From assembly GCA_964549685.1 (NCBI GenBank), contig CAZJVE010000001.1, forward strand, positions 116,098 through 180,097: a stretch of DNA of 64,000 bases, in the 5' to 3' direction. The position numbers were made by a program, and so were the translations under genes. Positions within the stretch are counted from its first letter, which is position 1. Each line of letters starts with the position of its first letter. The notes under the pieces were generated by a model, which was not told the DNA's origin, did no database searches, and saw only the letters and a list, made by a program, of their open reading frames with translations. This document shows positions 31,463 through 41,951 of this stretch, one piece after another. This stretch comes from an uncultured archaeon. GTDB lineage: Archaea > Altiarchaeota > Altiarchaeia > IMC4 > QMZM01.

Positions 31463-31860
31463 CAAAGGGTTTGGCAACTCACTGGAGATTGGTTCCACAG
31501 AGGTACAATCTGATTGGAACTCATTGCAAGAATTGCAACAGTAGGTTCTTCCCGCAGAGGAAGATTTGTCCCAAGTGCAGGAGAACCGGAAGCATCGAGG
31601 ATTTCAAGTTCTCTGGGAAGGGGGAGATTTACAGCTATACCGTTGTTTGCGCAGCGCCGCAGGGCTTTGAGTACCAGGCGCCCTATGTTCTAGCAATAGT
31701 GAAGATGAAGGAGGGGCCGTTCATTACAGCGCAGATTGTCGACTGCAAACCGGAAGAGATTGAGATTGGTAAGAAGGTCGAGACCGTGTTCAGGAGGGTA
31801 ATTGCCGATGGGAGCTCAGGAATAATAAGGTATGGGTATAAGTTCAGGCTGAGGGATTGA
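31459..31860 (+). CDS. DUF35 Zn-ribbon/OB-fold scaffold of the thiolase-HMGCS complex
   Basis: CKNC..FFP....CPKC, G.IYSYT, YGYKF; operon position. Confidence 0.92.
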   Translation: MTKGLATHWRLVPQRYNLIGTHCKNCNSRFFPQRKICPKCRRTGSIEDFKFSGKGEIYSYTVVCAAPQGFEYQAPYVLAIVKMKEGPFITAQIVDCKPEEIEIGKKVETVFRRVIADGSSGIIRYGYKFRLRD

Positions 31861-31887
31861 GATTTAACAGATAACGTTAATAGGAAT

Positions 31888-32136
31888 ATGGAGATGAAAA
31901 AATATATTTTGGTTTTGCTGGTTGTTGTTGCCGTAATTGTTATTGGTTATTTTGTTTCTCAAGGCCAGGAGAGCGGTATGGGGGAATCAATGACAGAAAA
32001 ACTTTGCGAAGAGCAGGGCGGGGCTTGGAGTGAAATGGAAATTCTGCGTGAGGAAGGGCATGATTTGTTTTACCAGTGTGAATGCCCAGACAACGGACCA
32101 TGGATAAGGGAGGGTACGGTAGAAAGTTGTAAATAG
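31888..32136 (+). CDS. Small membrane-anchored Cys-containing protein
   Basis: N-terminal TM; CEEQGG.W...CEC...C. Confidence 0.6.
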   Translation: MEMKKYILVLLVVVAVIVIGYFVSQGQESGMGESMTEKLCEEQGGAWSEMEILREEGHDLFYQCECPDNGPWIREGTVESCK

Positions 32137-32152
32137 CTCCTTCTGGGGTTAA

Positions 32153-33319
32153 TCAAAAAGTACACACAACCCCATCCAGGCACATCTGCGTGACGTCAGT
32201 GACCTTCTCGAGCCACCTGTCAGTGACTTCTCTCGCCTTATTCTCTATGCCCTTGTCCCCTATAACCTGAACCGATGCCAAGAGGGGCTGGTCAATGGGC
32301 TTTCCAATCTGGCTCATTATTCTGACGTAGACCTGCTCGGCTCCCTCTTCGGCAATTTCCTCTGCAATCTTGTTTGAGAGGATGTTGTAGAGCTTGCCCA
32401 CGTGGTTTACCGGGTTCTTTCCTGCCGTTGCCTCCATGGACATGGGCCGGTATGGGGTGATGAGGCCGTTGGCCCTGTTTCCTCTGCCGACGGAACCGTC
32501 GTCGCCGTGCTCAGCAGATGTTCCTGTCACCGTCAGGAAAAGCGAGCCCTTCTCGTAATCGTCTCCTGTGTTTATATGAACCTCAACGTCCTTGTCTGTA
32601 ATTCCTGCGATGAAGTCCTTGAGCTTTGAGTTCATGTCCCCGATTGCTGACTTGTAGTGATCCAGGTCCTCCAGATATTTTGAAACCATTGCGGCAGCAA
32701 TAGTGAGAGTGATTTTGTCGTTGTTCCTGACGCCCATCACCTTGATGTCCTCTCCCACCTCTTTCATTCCCATCTTTCCAGTGATGTACTTTTCGCTTTC
32801 CAGAACAAGCTTTTCTGTCAGGGACAGGGGAGCGAAGCTCACTCCAAAGGAGGTGTCGTTGGAATTTGGAACCCCCTTCTGCGCAAAGACGTGCCTGAGG
32901 TCCGAAGAGCCGTGGCCCAGCTTCTCCTCAATCTCGACGTGGGAGTTAATGTCAATGTTTGGGAAATTCTCACTGATGTATTTTTTGGCTGCTTCTATTG
33001 CTATGGTTCCAACAGGAATCTCTTCGCCCTCAACAACGGTGGTTGCCCGCCCGCTTAATAGTATGTATATGGGCCGTGTTATTTCTCCGGCGCCGAACTC
33101 GGGCTTTGCGCCGCCGCCAACAAGCTCCACCTGGTCGGTGTTGTGGTGAAGAATCTCGCCGTGCCTTTGCATATACTCCTTGGAAAGGGCCCTTGAGATT
33201 GACTCTGCAATTCCGTCGCAGATGGAGTCCGGGTGCCCTATACCCTTCCTCTCCACGAGCTCTACGGGTTGTTTCTCCAGTGGAATCTCGTCAGGGAATT
33301 CAAGAACAATGTTTCTCAT
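32153..33319 (-). CDS. mat: S-adenosylmethionine synthetase (archaeal type)
   Basis: [38 protein letters not shown]. Confidence 0.96.
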   Translation of the reverse strand: MRNIVLEFPDEIPLEKQPVELVERKGIGHPDSICDGIAESISRALSKEYMQRHGEILHHNTDQVELVGGGAKPEFGAGEITRPIYILLSGRATTVVEGEEIPVGTIAIEAAKKYISENFPNIDINSHVEIEEKLGHGSSDLRHVFAQKGVPNSNDTSFGVSFAPLSLTEKLVLESEKYITGKMGMKEVGEDIKVMGVRNNDKITLTIAAAMVSKYLEDLDHYKSAIGDMNSKLKDFIAGITDKDVEVHINTGDDYEKGSLFLTVTGTSAEHGDDGSVGRGNRANGLITPYRPMSMEATAGKNPVNHVGKLYNILSNKIAEEIAEEGAEQVYVRIMSQIGKPIDQPLLASVQVIGDKGIENKAREVTDRWLEKVTDVTQMCLDGVVCTF

Positions 33320-33361
33320 TTTAATCAAGAGATAAATAATAGGATTGCTTAATAAAAAAGG

Positions 33362-34006
33362 TCAGATTATGCTCGCCTTCAGTACGTTTGGGTGGGGGAG
33401 GTCCATGGTTCCGGCACCGTGGCCGCTTCTTCCCTCAGGTGGGGCGTTGGTGAATTCATCAACGGCTGCTGCGAGAATCGCCATTCCTGTGGGGGTTGCA
33501 ATCTCTTTGTCGATTAGAAATTCTGTAGGGAATGAATTGTTTTTTATTATCTCCTGGGTTGCCGGGGCGATGGTGCCTGTTGATATCATGGAGCAGGATA
33601 TGGTTGAATGAATAAGGCCGAGGTTCTCCAGTGCCAGAGAGAATGCTACTGCATCAACTATGCTGTCCCTTGCTTCATGGAGGTGAACCTGTTCGAGTGG
33701 GGTTTTGTGAACCCTGGATTCAGCCATTGCAAGATTGTGGAGGATTCCGGTGGAGAGGGTTTTTGCCTGCTCAGAGATTCTGAGAGCGTCTATATCAGCA
33801 AGCAGTTCTGTGTATCTTCTGGAGTCGGAAACAAATTTTACGTCGAATTTCTTTGCCGGGATTCCTGCCTTTGTTACATCCCTGAGAGAGAGCTCGGCTA
33901 TGCCTGAGAGGGTTTCCTTCATGGGTTTGAAATCTGCTCCCAGGTCTATAAGGGCGCCGACCAGCATGTCTCCGCTGACTCCATGGGAACAGTCTAAGTG
34001 GAGCAT
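33362..34006 (-). CDS. larC: LarC-like nickel insertase, N-terminal domain only
   Basis: [22 protein letters not shown]...VHLHE, TPTG.AIL, G.GAG...PNVL. Confidence 0.8.
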   Translation of the reverse strand: MLHLDCSHGVSGDMLVGALIDLGADFKPMKETLSGIAELSLRDVTKAGIPAKKFDVKFVSDSRRYTELLADIDALRISEQAKTLSTGILHNLAMAESRVHKTPLEQVHLHEARDSIVDAVAFSLALENLGLIHSTISCSMISTGTIAPATQEIIKNNSFPTEFLIDKEIATPTGMAILAAAVDEFTNAPPEGRSGHGAGTMDLPHPNVLKASII

Positions 34007-34656
34007 TTTAGAATCTTGCAGGCAAGGACTGCGGCTCCATAGCCGTTGTCTATGTTCACCACAGCGACCGGGGAGCATGAATTCAGCATTGCGTTCAGGG
34101 CTGCCTGTCCCTTGGCGCCGGTGCCATAGCCGACCGATGTCGGGACGCCTATCACTGGGGCAGAAACCAGACCGGAGACTATGGACGGGAGTGCGCCCTC
34201 CATCCCTGCGATTACTATCAGGGCTCTTGCGTCCTTCATCTTATCGAGGGCTGGAAAAAGGCGGTGGATTCCTGCAATGCCAACATCGTAGGAAGTAATT
34301 ACCTTGCCACCAAGCTCCTCGGCGACCGCCTTTGCCTCCTCGGCTACAGGAATGTCGGATGTTCCAGCAGTGACGATTCCTATGGTTCCAAGGGGCTTTG
34401 TCCTGAAATTCTTTTTCTTGATTACAAGGACGCTGCCCTTTTTGTTATGGTTGATGGTTAAATTCTTTATTTTTAATTTTTTTAGAATCTCCTTTGTCTT
34501 CTCTTCATCAATTTTTGTGATAATAATTCTCCCGGACGTGCTGAGGAATTCATCCGTGATTTCTATCAGGTCATCAGCTGTTTTTCCGAGGCCGAAAACA
34601 ACCTCTGGAATTCCGCAGCGCTTCTCCCTCCCCGTGTCGTGATTCAGGATTTCCAT
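33994..34656 (-). CDS. larB: LarB nickel-pincer cofactor carboxylase/hydrolase (PurE-like)
   Basis: [52 protein letters not shown]. Confidence 0.92.
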   Translation of the reverse strand: MEILNHDTGREKRCGIPEVVFGLGKTADDLIEITDEFLSTSGRIIITKIDEEKTKEILKKLKIKNLTINHNKKGSVLVIKKKNFRTKPLGTIGIVTAGTSDIPVAEEAKAVAEELGGKVITSYDVGIAGIHRLFPALDKMKDARALIVIAGMEGALPSIVSGLVSAPVIGVPTSVGYGTGAKGQAALNAMLNSCSPVAVVNIDNGYGAAVLACKILKCST

Positions 34657-34657
34657 T

Positions 34658-35317
34658 CTATCCGATGATATTGAGTATCCCCCTTAGCTCCTCCACCGTT
34701 AGCTGCCCGGGAGCAGACTCCTTCCCCTGGGTGGGGGAGGCGTAGGTGAGGTAAGCGCCCAGAGCCGGTCCCAAAACCCGAGATACCTTCCCCAACTCGC
34801 CCATTGCTATTGCGATTACAGGAATCTTGGTGGGGTTTTCTGTTATTGCCGCAAGGGTGTTGAGAACATCGGCTTGTTTTTTTGGCATGAGCGCCACCTT
34901 TGCTATGTCTGCCCCGGCCTCTTCTTCCTGTTTCAGTAGGGAGAGGATTTCCTCTTTGCCCGGAGTAGAGTTGAAGTCATGGTGGGAAAGAATAGCCTTG
35001 ACTCCTTTCTCCTTGGCTTCCCTGACGAGAGAATCTCTGAGCTTGGTTTCTGTTTTTAGTTCTATTGTTAAATGGCTCGAGAATTCACTTGCCTTTCTCA
35101 GGATGTCGATTCTTTCCGTTTCTGTTCCTGCAAAATTCCCGCCCTCGAATTCCGGCATACATGTTGCAATTATCGGCTTCTGGATTTCACTTAGTTCATC
35201 AATACTGGAAAATTCCGTCAGATAATCAAGTCTCAGCTCTATCGAATCCGCGTTTGTCGAATTTGCAGCTTCTATCATTGAATCCAATTCTTTTTCGATT
35301 ATTGGGGCGCAAATCAT
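34658..35317 (-). CDS. aroD: Type I 3-dehydroquinate dehydratase
   Basis: IELRLD, SHHDF..TP, ADIAK, AMG..G..SR, SAPGQ. Confidence 0.93.
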   Translation of the reverse strand: MICAPIIEKELDSMIEAANSTNADSIELRLDYLTEFSSIDELSEIQKPIIATCMPEFEGGNFAGTETERIDILRKASEFSSHLTIELKTETKLRDSLVREAKEKGVKAILSHHDFNSTPGKEEILSLLKQEEEAGADIAKVALMPKKQADVLNTLAAITENPTKIPVIAIAMGELGKVSRVLGPALGAYLTYASPTQGKESAPGQLTVEELRGILNIIG

Positions 35318-35360
35318 TTTTGTAGGGAGATATTTATATATTGAAGATATTATAATTACT

Positions 35361-36122
35361 ATGGCTAGGGTAATCGGTGTTCTTTCGGGGAAGGGTGGTG
35401 TTGGAAAGACTACTCTCGTTTCTAATCTTGGTGTGTCTTTGGCTCAGGAGGGTAAGAACGTCGCCATTGTTGATGCAAACCTTACCGGCGCTAATCTGGG
35501 ACTTCACTTCGGCTTGCTAAGCTATCCGGTTTCCATTCACGACGTCATGAGTGATGAGGCGCTGATAACGGATGCCATGTACAAGCACCCATCTGGAGTA
35601 GACATAGTTCCCGCGTCCCTCTCTATCGAGCATATAGATACCGAGCCAAGGAACCTGAGGAGCTCGATTGACGAATTTCTTGGCGATAAGGATTTCGTTC
35701 TGATTGATGCCGCAACCGGTCTGGACAGGGAGACATTAAATGCGATAGACATGTCTGATGAGGTTCTTATTGTCACGCATCCGGAGCTTCCTACGATTTC
35801 AGATGCATTAAGAACAAAGACCATAGCAGAGAAGTACGGTAAGGATGTCATAGGTATCGTCCTTAACAGAGTGAACAGGAAGGACGAGCTGAATAAGGAT
35901 AACGTGTCATCATTCTTTGAGCTTCCTGTTATCGGCGCTATTCCTGACGACCCCGTGGTTAGGAAATCCATCGAAGCCAAGAATCCGGTAGTTTTGAGTC
36001 ACCCGAACCACAGGGTAAGCAACGAGGTAAGGAGGGTGTCAAGCCATGTATTGGGCAAGAAATACAAACCAGTAAGCAACGGCGGCTTCCTGGACAGGCT
36101 TCTGGCTATGTTTAAATGGTGA
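35361..36122 (+). CDS. minD: MinD/ParA-family ATPase
   Basis: SGKGGVGKTT deviant Walker A; C-terminal amphipathic FLDRLLAMF. Confidence 0.88.
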   Translation: MARVIGVLSGKGGVGKTTLVSNLGVSLAQEGKNVAIVDANLTGANLGLHFGLLSYPVSIHDVMSDEALITDAMYKHPSGVDIVPASLSIEHIDTEPRNLRSSIDEFLGDKDFVLIDAATGLDRETLNAIDMSDEVLIVTHPELPTISDALRTKTIAEKYGKDVIGIVLNRVNRKDELNKDNVSSFFELPVIGAIPDDPVVRKSIEAKNPVVLSHPNHRVSNEVRRVSSHVLGKKYKPVSNGGFLDRLLAMFKW

Positions 36123-36505
36123 TTCAGGTTCTCAACAAGAGCAGGGGTTTTGTTATAAGCGAATCCTGTGGTGTAGCTGATTCTTTCTTCTCCAGGTTCA
36201 GGGGGCTGATGCTTTCAAAGCCAAGGGACCTGGTTCTTGTTTCTCCGAGGGAGGACATAAAGTCCTCGGCGATTCACATGCTGTTTATGAGGTTTCCCAT
36301 AGATGCTGTGTGGGTAGATTCAAAAATGATTGTTGTTGATATTAAAAAAAATATTAAACCTAATTCCCTAGGGATTTTCAGGCCGGGGAAGCCGGCTAAG
36401 TTTGTTGTGGAGCTGGGGGTGGGGAAGTTAGGCACTACAGAAGTTGGTGACATAATTGAGTTCTCACATCCCGGCCCCGCCGAGCCGCTTCATCAGCCGC
36501 TTTAG
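36116..36505 (+). CDS. DUF192-family protein
   Basis: ADSFFSRFRGLM...IHMLFMRFPID...VVEL. Confidence 0.88.
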   Translation: MVIQVLNKSRGFVISESCGVADSFFSRFRGLMLSKPRDLVLVSPREDIKSSAIHMLFMRFPIDAVWVDSKMIVVDIKKNIKPNSLGIFRPGKPAKFVVELGVGKLGTTEVGDIIEFSHPGPAEPLHQPL

Positions 36506-37780
36506 CTTTCTTTCATCTCCGAACATGCGCATCATCTTCTTCATCTTCTTGTGATAGTTGAGGAGTTCGCGAACCTCCTCCGGCTTGGTTCCTGAGCCGG
36601 ATGAGATTCTGCTGATTCGTTCTCTTTTGATTAGGGTGGGGTCCTCCCTTTCTTGGGCAGTCATCGAGTCCATTATGTAGATGAACTTGTCCAGCTTTTC
36701 TTCCTGCATATCCAGCATGTCCTTGGGTATCTTTGCCCCAAAGGGGAGCATGCCCGCAACCTGTTTCATTGGGCCCATCTTCTTCATCTGCTGGATTTGA
36801 GAATAAATGTCGTTCATGTTGAATTTCCCAGACATCATCCTTTCGGCGGCCTTTTCGTCAAAGTCTACCTCCTTTGCCTTCTCGAGCAGGCCCTCCAGGT
36901 CGCCGAAGCCGATGAGTCTTGATACAAACCCTTCTGGGTTGAATTCCTCGAAGTCGTTGATGTGCTCTCCTGTCCCTATGAAATTCACCCCGGAGCCGGT
37001 TGCGGAGCAGGCAGAGATTGCGCCCCCGCCCTTTGCCGTGCCGTCGAGCTTCGTGAGGATTATGCCATCTACTCTTGATGAGTTCTTGAATGCCTCGGCC
37101 TCCTTCCCTGCCTGCTGGCCCGTGGTTCCGTCGAGGATTAGAAGAACCCTCTCGGGCTTTATCTCCTTGTAGATTTTGTTGATGTCCTTCATCAGCTCCT
37201 TGTCCAGTTTGTGCCTGCCTTCAGAGTCTATTAGAATCAGGCCCTCGTTCTTGAACTCCTTGATTCCTTCCTTTATTGTGTTGAGGGCGTTCTTCTCTTC
37301 CGGGTTTCCGTAGAAGGGCAGCTTAATCTCTTCGGAGAGCTGCTTCAGCTGTTCATAGGCCGCGGGCCTGAATGTATCCGCGCAGATGAGTTTTGGATGG
37401 AGGCCCTTTTTCTTAAAGTACCTGGCAAGTTTTGCTACCGTGGTTGTTTTGCCGCTCCCTTGCGTTCCAACGAGAAGGAGTTTTTGTCCGTCCTGTATCT
37501 CGACCGGTTCCCCCTTCCCAAGTAAATTCACCAGCTCCTCGTATGTTATCCTTATAAGGTTCTCCTTTCTGGAGAGCATCCCGGGGGGCTTCTCAAGAAG
37601 ACCCCTATCCTCAATTCTCTTGGACAGCTCAAAAACCTGCTCTATCTGAACATCCGCTGAAAGAAGGGTCTTCTGAATCTCCTTGGTGTAATTCTTTACA
37701 GTCTTCTTATCGACCACTACCGCTTTCCTCAGGTTCGTGATGGAGCTCTGCAGGCCCTCCGATAACTTTTCGAATACCAT
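36464..37780 (-). CDS. srp54: Signal recognition particle protein SRP54
   Basis: GTQGSGKTT, DTFRPAA, TKLDG.AKGG, Met-rich M domain. Confidence 0.96.
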   Translation of the reverse strand: MVFEKLSEGLQSSITNLRKAVVVDKKTVKNYTKEIQKTLLSADVQIEQVFELSKRIEDRGLLEKPPGMLSRKENLIRITYEELVNLLGKGEPVEIQDGQKLLLVGTQGSGKTTTVAKLARYFKKKGLHPKLICADTFRPAAYEQLKQLSEEIKLPFYGNPEEKNALNTIKEGIKEFKNEGLILIDSEGRHKLDKELMKDINKIYKEIKPERVLLILDGTTGQQAGKEAEAFKNSSRVDGIILTKLDGTAKGGGAISACSATGSGVNFIGTGEHINDFEEFNPEGFVSRLIGFGDLEGLLEKAKEVDFDEKAAERMMSGKFNMNDIYSQIQQMKKMGPMKQVAGMLPFGAKIPKDMLDMQEEKLDKFIYIMDSMTAQEREDPTLIKRERISRISSGSGTKPEEVRELLNYHKKMKKMMRMFGDERKLKRLMKRLGGAGM

Positions 37781-37781
37781 T

Positions 37782-38465
37782 CTATTGAATCTCCTCTGAG
37801 ATTATCCTCGTGAGGTTATCTTCTGGGATTAAGCCCTTGTAAGTCCGGTCACCTATGACCACCGCGGGGGTTTCAGTCACATTGTGGCTCCTTTTCAGGA
37901 GGTTGACTATGGGCTCGTCGAGGTCGGAATTGAGGACAAACACTATTATTCTGTCCTTGAATTCCCCATCATATAGGTTGTCGAGTATGTGGCCCTGCTC
38001 AACGCATTCCTGGCACGGAACGGAATAGAAATAGAGGATTACCGCAACCTCGCGGTTGCATCTTTCCTTCACGTAGTTGTTGAGAATCCATGCTTTTGTG
38101 GATAAAAGAGCATAGTCTCTCCTGAGCGAGTCGAACTCCTTTCCCTTGGCATTTTCGAGGTCCTCTCCAAGCCCCCTTACCTTCTTTGTCGTATCATCGA
38201 CTAGTGCCGAGAGGGAGTCACATGAGAGGTTATTGCCTATAATGCTGAGATATGCGTACTCCAGCTGAAGGTTTTCGGTCCTTCTCTGCAGCGATGCATA
38301 CTCCTCTTCGGATGGAAGGCGGTCTATTCTGCTCTGTAGTATGCTTATCTTGCCCTCAGTATAATCAATCAGCGTGCCCTCTATGAAAAGCCCGGACATC
38401 ACGCCAATCAGGTAAAAGAAGATGGAAAGAACTGCTGCTGCCAGGTATACTCTCTTGTTTTGCAT
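37782..38465 (-). CDS. Membrane-anchored thioredoxin-fold protein
   Basis: N-terminal TM, coiled segment, YFYS..CQEC, TPAVVI. Confidence 0.7.
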   Translation of the reverse strand: MQNKRVYLAAAVLSIFFYLIGVMSGLFIEGTLIDYTEGKISILQSRIDRLPSEEEYASLQRRTENLQLEYAYLSIIGNNLSCDSLSALVDDTTKKVRGLGEDLENAKGKEFDSLRRDYALLSTKAWILNNYVKERCNREVAVILYFYSVPCQECVEQGHILDNLYDGEFKDRIIVFVLNSDLDEPIVNLLKRSHNVTETPAVVIGDRTYKGLIPEDNLTRIISEEIQ

Positions 38466-38509
38466 ATTTTAACGTATTTACGAAATATTAATAAAAAGCA
38501 GAGTATACA

Positions 38510-39787
38510 ATGGATTTTGTCCACTCTACGAGTTTGATGTTGTATAATGCCTTTTTAATCCCGGTGGCTTTCTTTTCGTTCGTGTATTATATCGTGGCGC
38601 TGAGAACCATACTGGTTAGGGAGGAGGAGAATGAAACCGACATGACAGAGATAGATTGGCCCAGAGTAACCGTTCAGATTCCCACATTTAATGAGCCCGT
38701 TGCCATAAGGTGCGCGAGAAGCTGCTTGAATTTCGACTATCCGAAAGATAGGTTTGAGGTAATAATTGGCGATGATAGCACCAACCCCGATGTGTCAAAG
38801 GCCATTGATGAGTTTGTAGATGAGAACAGCGGGTTAGTAAGAGTGACAAGAAGGGGACACAATAGAGGATTCAAAGCGGGTAATCTAAATCACATGTTGA
38901 GGTTCTCAGATGGGGACATTGTCGTAATATTCGATTCCGACTTCACGGCCAAGAAGGATTTTCTGAAGAGGGTTGTGATGCCATTTATTAAAGACGATAA
39001 GGTTGGTTGTGTCCAAGCGGAGTGGGATTTTCTGAATTCAGGAAAGAATTATATCTCAAAGCTCTCGACGACGCTTTTGATGTTTTATTATTCCCTCATA
39101 GTCCCCATAAACAAAATGCTTGGCGTGCCTTTCCTCTTCGGTTCCGGAGAGGCAATAAGAAAGGCCCTGTTGCTGGAGATGGGTGGCTGGCACGAGGGTA
39201 GCCTTACAGAGGATACAGAATTCTCGCTCAGGTTGTTCAAAGAGGGCTACAGAATAGTCTATCTGGATGATGTCAAGGCCACGGGGGAGGTGCCTTACAC
39301 ATTGAAGGGGCTTCTAAGCCAGCAGAGGAGGTGGGCCTATGGAAATACAAAGGCGTTTCTGGGCCATGCAAGGTCAATCCTCTTCGGTCCGTTTTCGTTT
39401 TTGCAGAAAACGATGATGACTTATACCACCTCCATAGGTTATCTGTCAAATCTGTTTCTTCTGCTGTTCCTGTTTGCGGGAATGGCCTCATTTTTTTCAC
39501 AGCCGGCCGCCCCGATAGATATACCAAGGTTCGTAAACCAGACAGTGAGCGTGTTTTTAATTACCTCCGGTTTCCTTTTGGGAGGAATTGCCGCACTCTA
39601 TAAGAAGAGTAAGCTCAGGATATTGCTTCCTTCAATCGTCTCGGTCTTAACGGTTGGTTTTTTGGTTTCCTTCAATGTTTGCGTTGGCTTTTTCAAGGCC
39701 GTTTCTGGTAAGGAGATGGTCTGGTCCGCGATAAACAAAGAGGGTAATTTCGATATCATTCCCCAAGAACGGCTGGGGGAGACGTAA
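38510..39787 (+). CDS. Processive GT2 glycosyltransferase (cellulose-synthase-like)
   Basis: DDS, KAGNLN, DSD, TED, QQRRW; TM helices. Confidence 0.9.
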   Translation: MDFVHSTSLMLYNAFLIPVAFFSFVYYIVALRTILVREEENETDMTEIDWPRVTVQIPTFNEPVAIRCARSCLNFDYPKDRFEVIIGDDSTNPDVSKAIDEFVDENSGLVRVTRRGHNRGFKAGNLNHMLRFSDGDIVVIFDSDFTAKKDFLKRVVMPFIKDDKVGCVQAEWDFLNSGKNYISKLSTTLLMFYYSLIVPINKMLGVPFLFGSGEAIRKALLLEMGGWHEGSLTEDTEFSLRLFKEGYRIVYLDDVKATGEVPYTLKGLLSQQRRWAYGNTKAFLGHARSILFGPFSFLQKTMMTYTTSIGYLSNLFLLLFLFAGMASFFSQPAAPIDIPRFVNQTVSVFLITSGFLLGGIAALYKKSKLRILLPSIVSVLTVGFLVSFNVCVGFFKAVSGKEMVWSAINKEGNFDIIPQERLGET

Positions 39788-41050
39788 ATGATTGACCTAA
39801 TTCTCATAGTAATATTTTCGGTACTGATTGTTCTTCACGGCTCCTGGGTTTTTCTTCTCCTTTACCCTGAAAGAAAGAGATATGATGAGATTTCGCCGGA
39901 TATCTCCATAATCATGCCCGCCCACAACGAGGAGGCGATAATAGAATCTACAGTAAAGAGCGTTCTTGAAGCAGAATACTCCGGAGGTAGGGAGATTATT
40001 GTAGTAAATGACGGTTCAACTGATAGGACCGCAGAAATAGTCAGAGGCCTGGCAGAAAAAGACGAGAGAATTCACCTGTATGAGACAGAGCATGTAGGAA
40101 AGGCGAAGGCAATAAACCGGGGCGTTGAAAATGCAATCAACGAGATAGTCGTGGTGCTTGATGCGGACTCCAGGTTGGATTCCAAGGCACTGGTCAAGAT
40201 TGTGAAGCCCTTCTCCGACGAGAAGGTGGGGGGTGTTTCAGGGATAATAAGGGCAATCCAGACAAATAATCCCTTAACCTGGTTTCAGGACCTGGAGTAT
40301 ATAATAACGTCCGGGTGGAGATACACCTGCAACAGGCTGAATAGCACATACATTTTTCCTGGGTTTGCAGCATTCAGGAAAGGTGCCCTTTTGAAGACGG
40401 GCGGATTTTCAAGCGATACGCTCTCCGAGGACTTTGAGATTGGTTTGAGGTTGAGAAAGGAGGGTCATGGGTTGGTTATGTCGTGGGCGACAATCTATAC
40501 GAAGGTTCCTGAGACGTTTTCCGGCCTAATGAAACAGAGAATCCGCTGGGGCAGGGGCACCATCCAGGTGATAAGGAAGCATTTTGATGTGCCGTTCAAC
40601 AAGAAGTACGGCGCCATTGGATTCTATGGGATTCCGACGCAGATGTACTGGTTCATTCACGGCCTGACCTATCTGCCTGTCGTTTTTTACCAGATATTGA
40701 GCGGCTATTTGAAGTATTTTGTCGCATCCGACAATTCCCTCTCCCTGGAGGCAGCGGCGTACTTCTTCCGGTGGTTCTCGTTTTATGGGATGGTTGATTT
40801 CACCTACAGGACCTTCATTGGAGAATATGAGATGTCCCTGGTCTTTGTTCTGACCCTTGTGATGTTCTGCCTCTACATTCTATATGATGCCCTCGTGATA
40901 ATGAAGATAGGGAAGCCGTCGATTCGCTTCCTCTTTGTTATTTTTTTCCTCTTTCCATATTCTTTATTCGCTCTGTCGCTTCATGTGGTCCCGCTCTTTT
41001 ATGAGCTGTTAAAACCAGGAAGCGCCAACGTCTGGGAAAAGAATAGATAA
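39788..41050 (+). CDS. Processive GT2 glycosyltransferase (PgaC/IcaA-like)
   Basis: DGSTD, GKA.A.N, DAD, SED, QRIRW; TM helices. Confidence 0.9.
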   Translation: MIDLILIVIFSVLIVLHGSWVFLLLYPERKRYDEISPDISIIMPAHNEEAIIESTVKSVLEAEYSGGREIIVVNDGSTDRTAEIVRGLAEKDERIHLYETEHVGKAKAINRGVENAINEIVVVLDADSRLDSKALVKIVKPFSDEKVGGVSGIIRAIQTNNPLTWFQDLEYIITSGWRYTCNRLNSTYIFPGFAAFRKGALLKTGGFSSDTLSEDFEIGLRLRKEGHGLVMSWATIYTKVPETFSGLMKQRIRWGRGTIQVIRKHFDVPFNKKYGAIGFYGIPTQMYWFIHGLTYLPVVFYQILSGYLKYFVASDNSLSLEAAAYFFRWFSFYGMVDFTYRTFIGEYEMSLVFVLTLVMFCLYILYDALVIMKIGKPSIRFLFVIFFLFPYSLFALSLHVVPLFYELLKPGSANVWEKNR

Positions 41051-41051
41051 A

Positions 41052-41657
41052 ATGACAAAAAAGGAACATCCGGAGTTTTTGCTGGAGCTGAAGAGGCAGC
41101 TGGTGCATTTGTTCATGGGCATAGTGATTTCTCTCTCAGTCTACTTCGTGTATCCGTTTATGGGCCGGTTTGTCCTTCTGCCATTGATTGTTATACTGTT
41201 ATTCATCTTTACCCTCCCGCGGCTGATAACGGACATATGGCTGTTCAACCATCTCTTCCTGCACTTCGAGAGGGAAGACGACATAATGAATTTTCCGTTC
41301 AGGGGCGCGTTCTGGTACGGGGTGGGGATAATCCCCCCGATTCTGTTCCTGCCGCTGAATCCCGCCTGCGCAGTGATTGCTGTTCTGTCTGCGGGGGATT
41401 CCATGTCAACCATAGTCGGGAAATTCCTTGGTAAGAGAAGATACGGCCATAAGAGCGCCGAGGGTTTTCTGTCCTTTTTCGTCTTCGGCTTCCTTGCCGC
41501 CTCGGTGTTTGTAAGCCCAGGGCTGGCCATTATGTTTGCCTTTCTAGGAGCAGTGATGGAGTTCCTCACGTTTATAGACGATAACCTTTTAATCCCCCTG
41601 GGCCTGAGCGTTTTTTATGTCCTGGCTTCGAACATAATTAGGTTGAATCTAATGTGA
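41052..41657 (+). CDS. SEC59/DGK1/VTE5-family polyprenol kinase
   Basis: RQLVH, GDSMSTIVGK, KSAEG, DDN motifs. Confidence 0.85.
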   Translation: MTKKEHPEFLLELKRQLVHLFMGIVISLSVYFVYPFMGRFVLLPLIVILLFIFTLPRLITDIWLFNHLFLHFEREDDIMNFPFRGAFWYGVGIIPPILFLPLNPACAVIAVLSAGDSMSTIVGKFLGKRRYGHKSAEGFLSFFVFGFLAASVFVSPGLAIMFAFLGAVMEFLTFIDDNLLIPLGLSVFYVLASNIIRLNLM

Positions 41658-41674
41658 TTATCCAATCATTCGTT

Positions 41675-41749
41675 GGGCCCGTAGCCTAGCCTGGATAGGG
41701 CACCGGACTTCTAATCCGGAGATCACGGGTTCGAATCCCGTCGGGTCCG
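41675..41749 (+). tRNA. tRNA-Arg(TCT)
   Basis: GGGCCCG TA GCCT AGCCTGGATA GGGC A CCGGA CT TCT AA TCCGG AGATC ACGGG TTCGAAT CCCGT CGGGTCC G cloverleaf. Confidence 0.96.
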
Positions 41750-41750
41750 T

Positions 41751-41912
41751 TGAACTGGCGTCAGTGTGGCGGAGCGACTTCGTCGCTCCGACATATGTCC
41801 GAGAGGCTGCGCCTCTCGGCCACATTCACACCGGAGCGAGTTTGTGGGTTCTTTGAACCCACATAACGCACTGTGAATTCCCCTGCGGTTCAGGGGGGAA
41901 TTCTGCCAGTCA
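41751..41912 (+). ncRNA. Putative structured RNA/palindromic element of unknown family following tRNA-Arg
   Basis: Four hairpins enclosed by ACTGGC/GCCAGT; T-tract only downstream of it. Confidence 0.55.
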
Positions 41913-41919
41913 CGTGTGG

Positions 41920-41930
41920 GTTTTTCTTTT
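41920..41930 (+). terminator. Oligo-T archaeal terminator candidate
   Basis: TTTTTCTTTT after the tRNA-Arg plus hairpin element. Confidence 0.45.
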
Positions 41931-41951
41931 AGAAAAACCAAAAGATTAAAA

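Noticed and set aside
28550-31860. HTH-HMGCS-thiolase-DUF35 cluster as a novel system
   Set aside because: Well-known conserved archaeal mevalonate-entry operon
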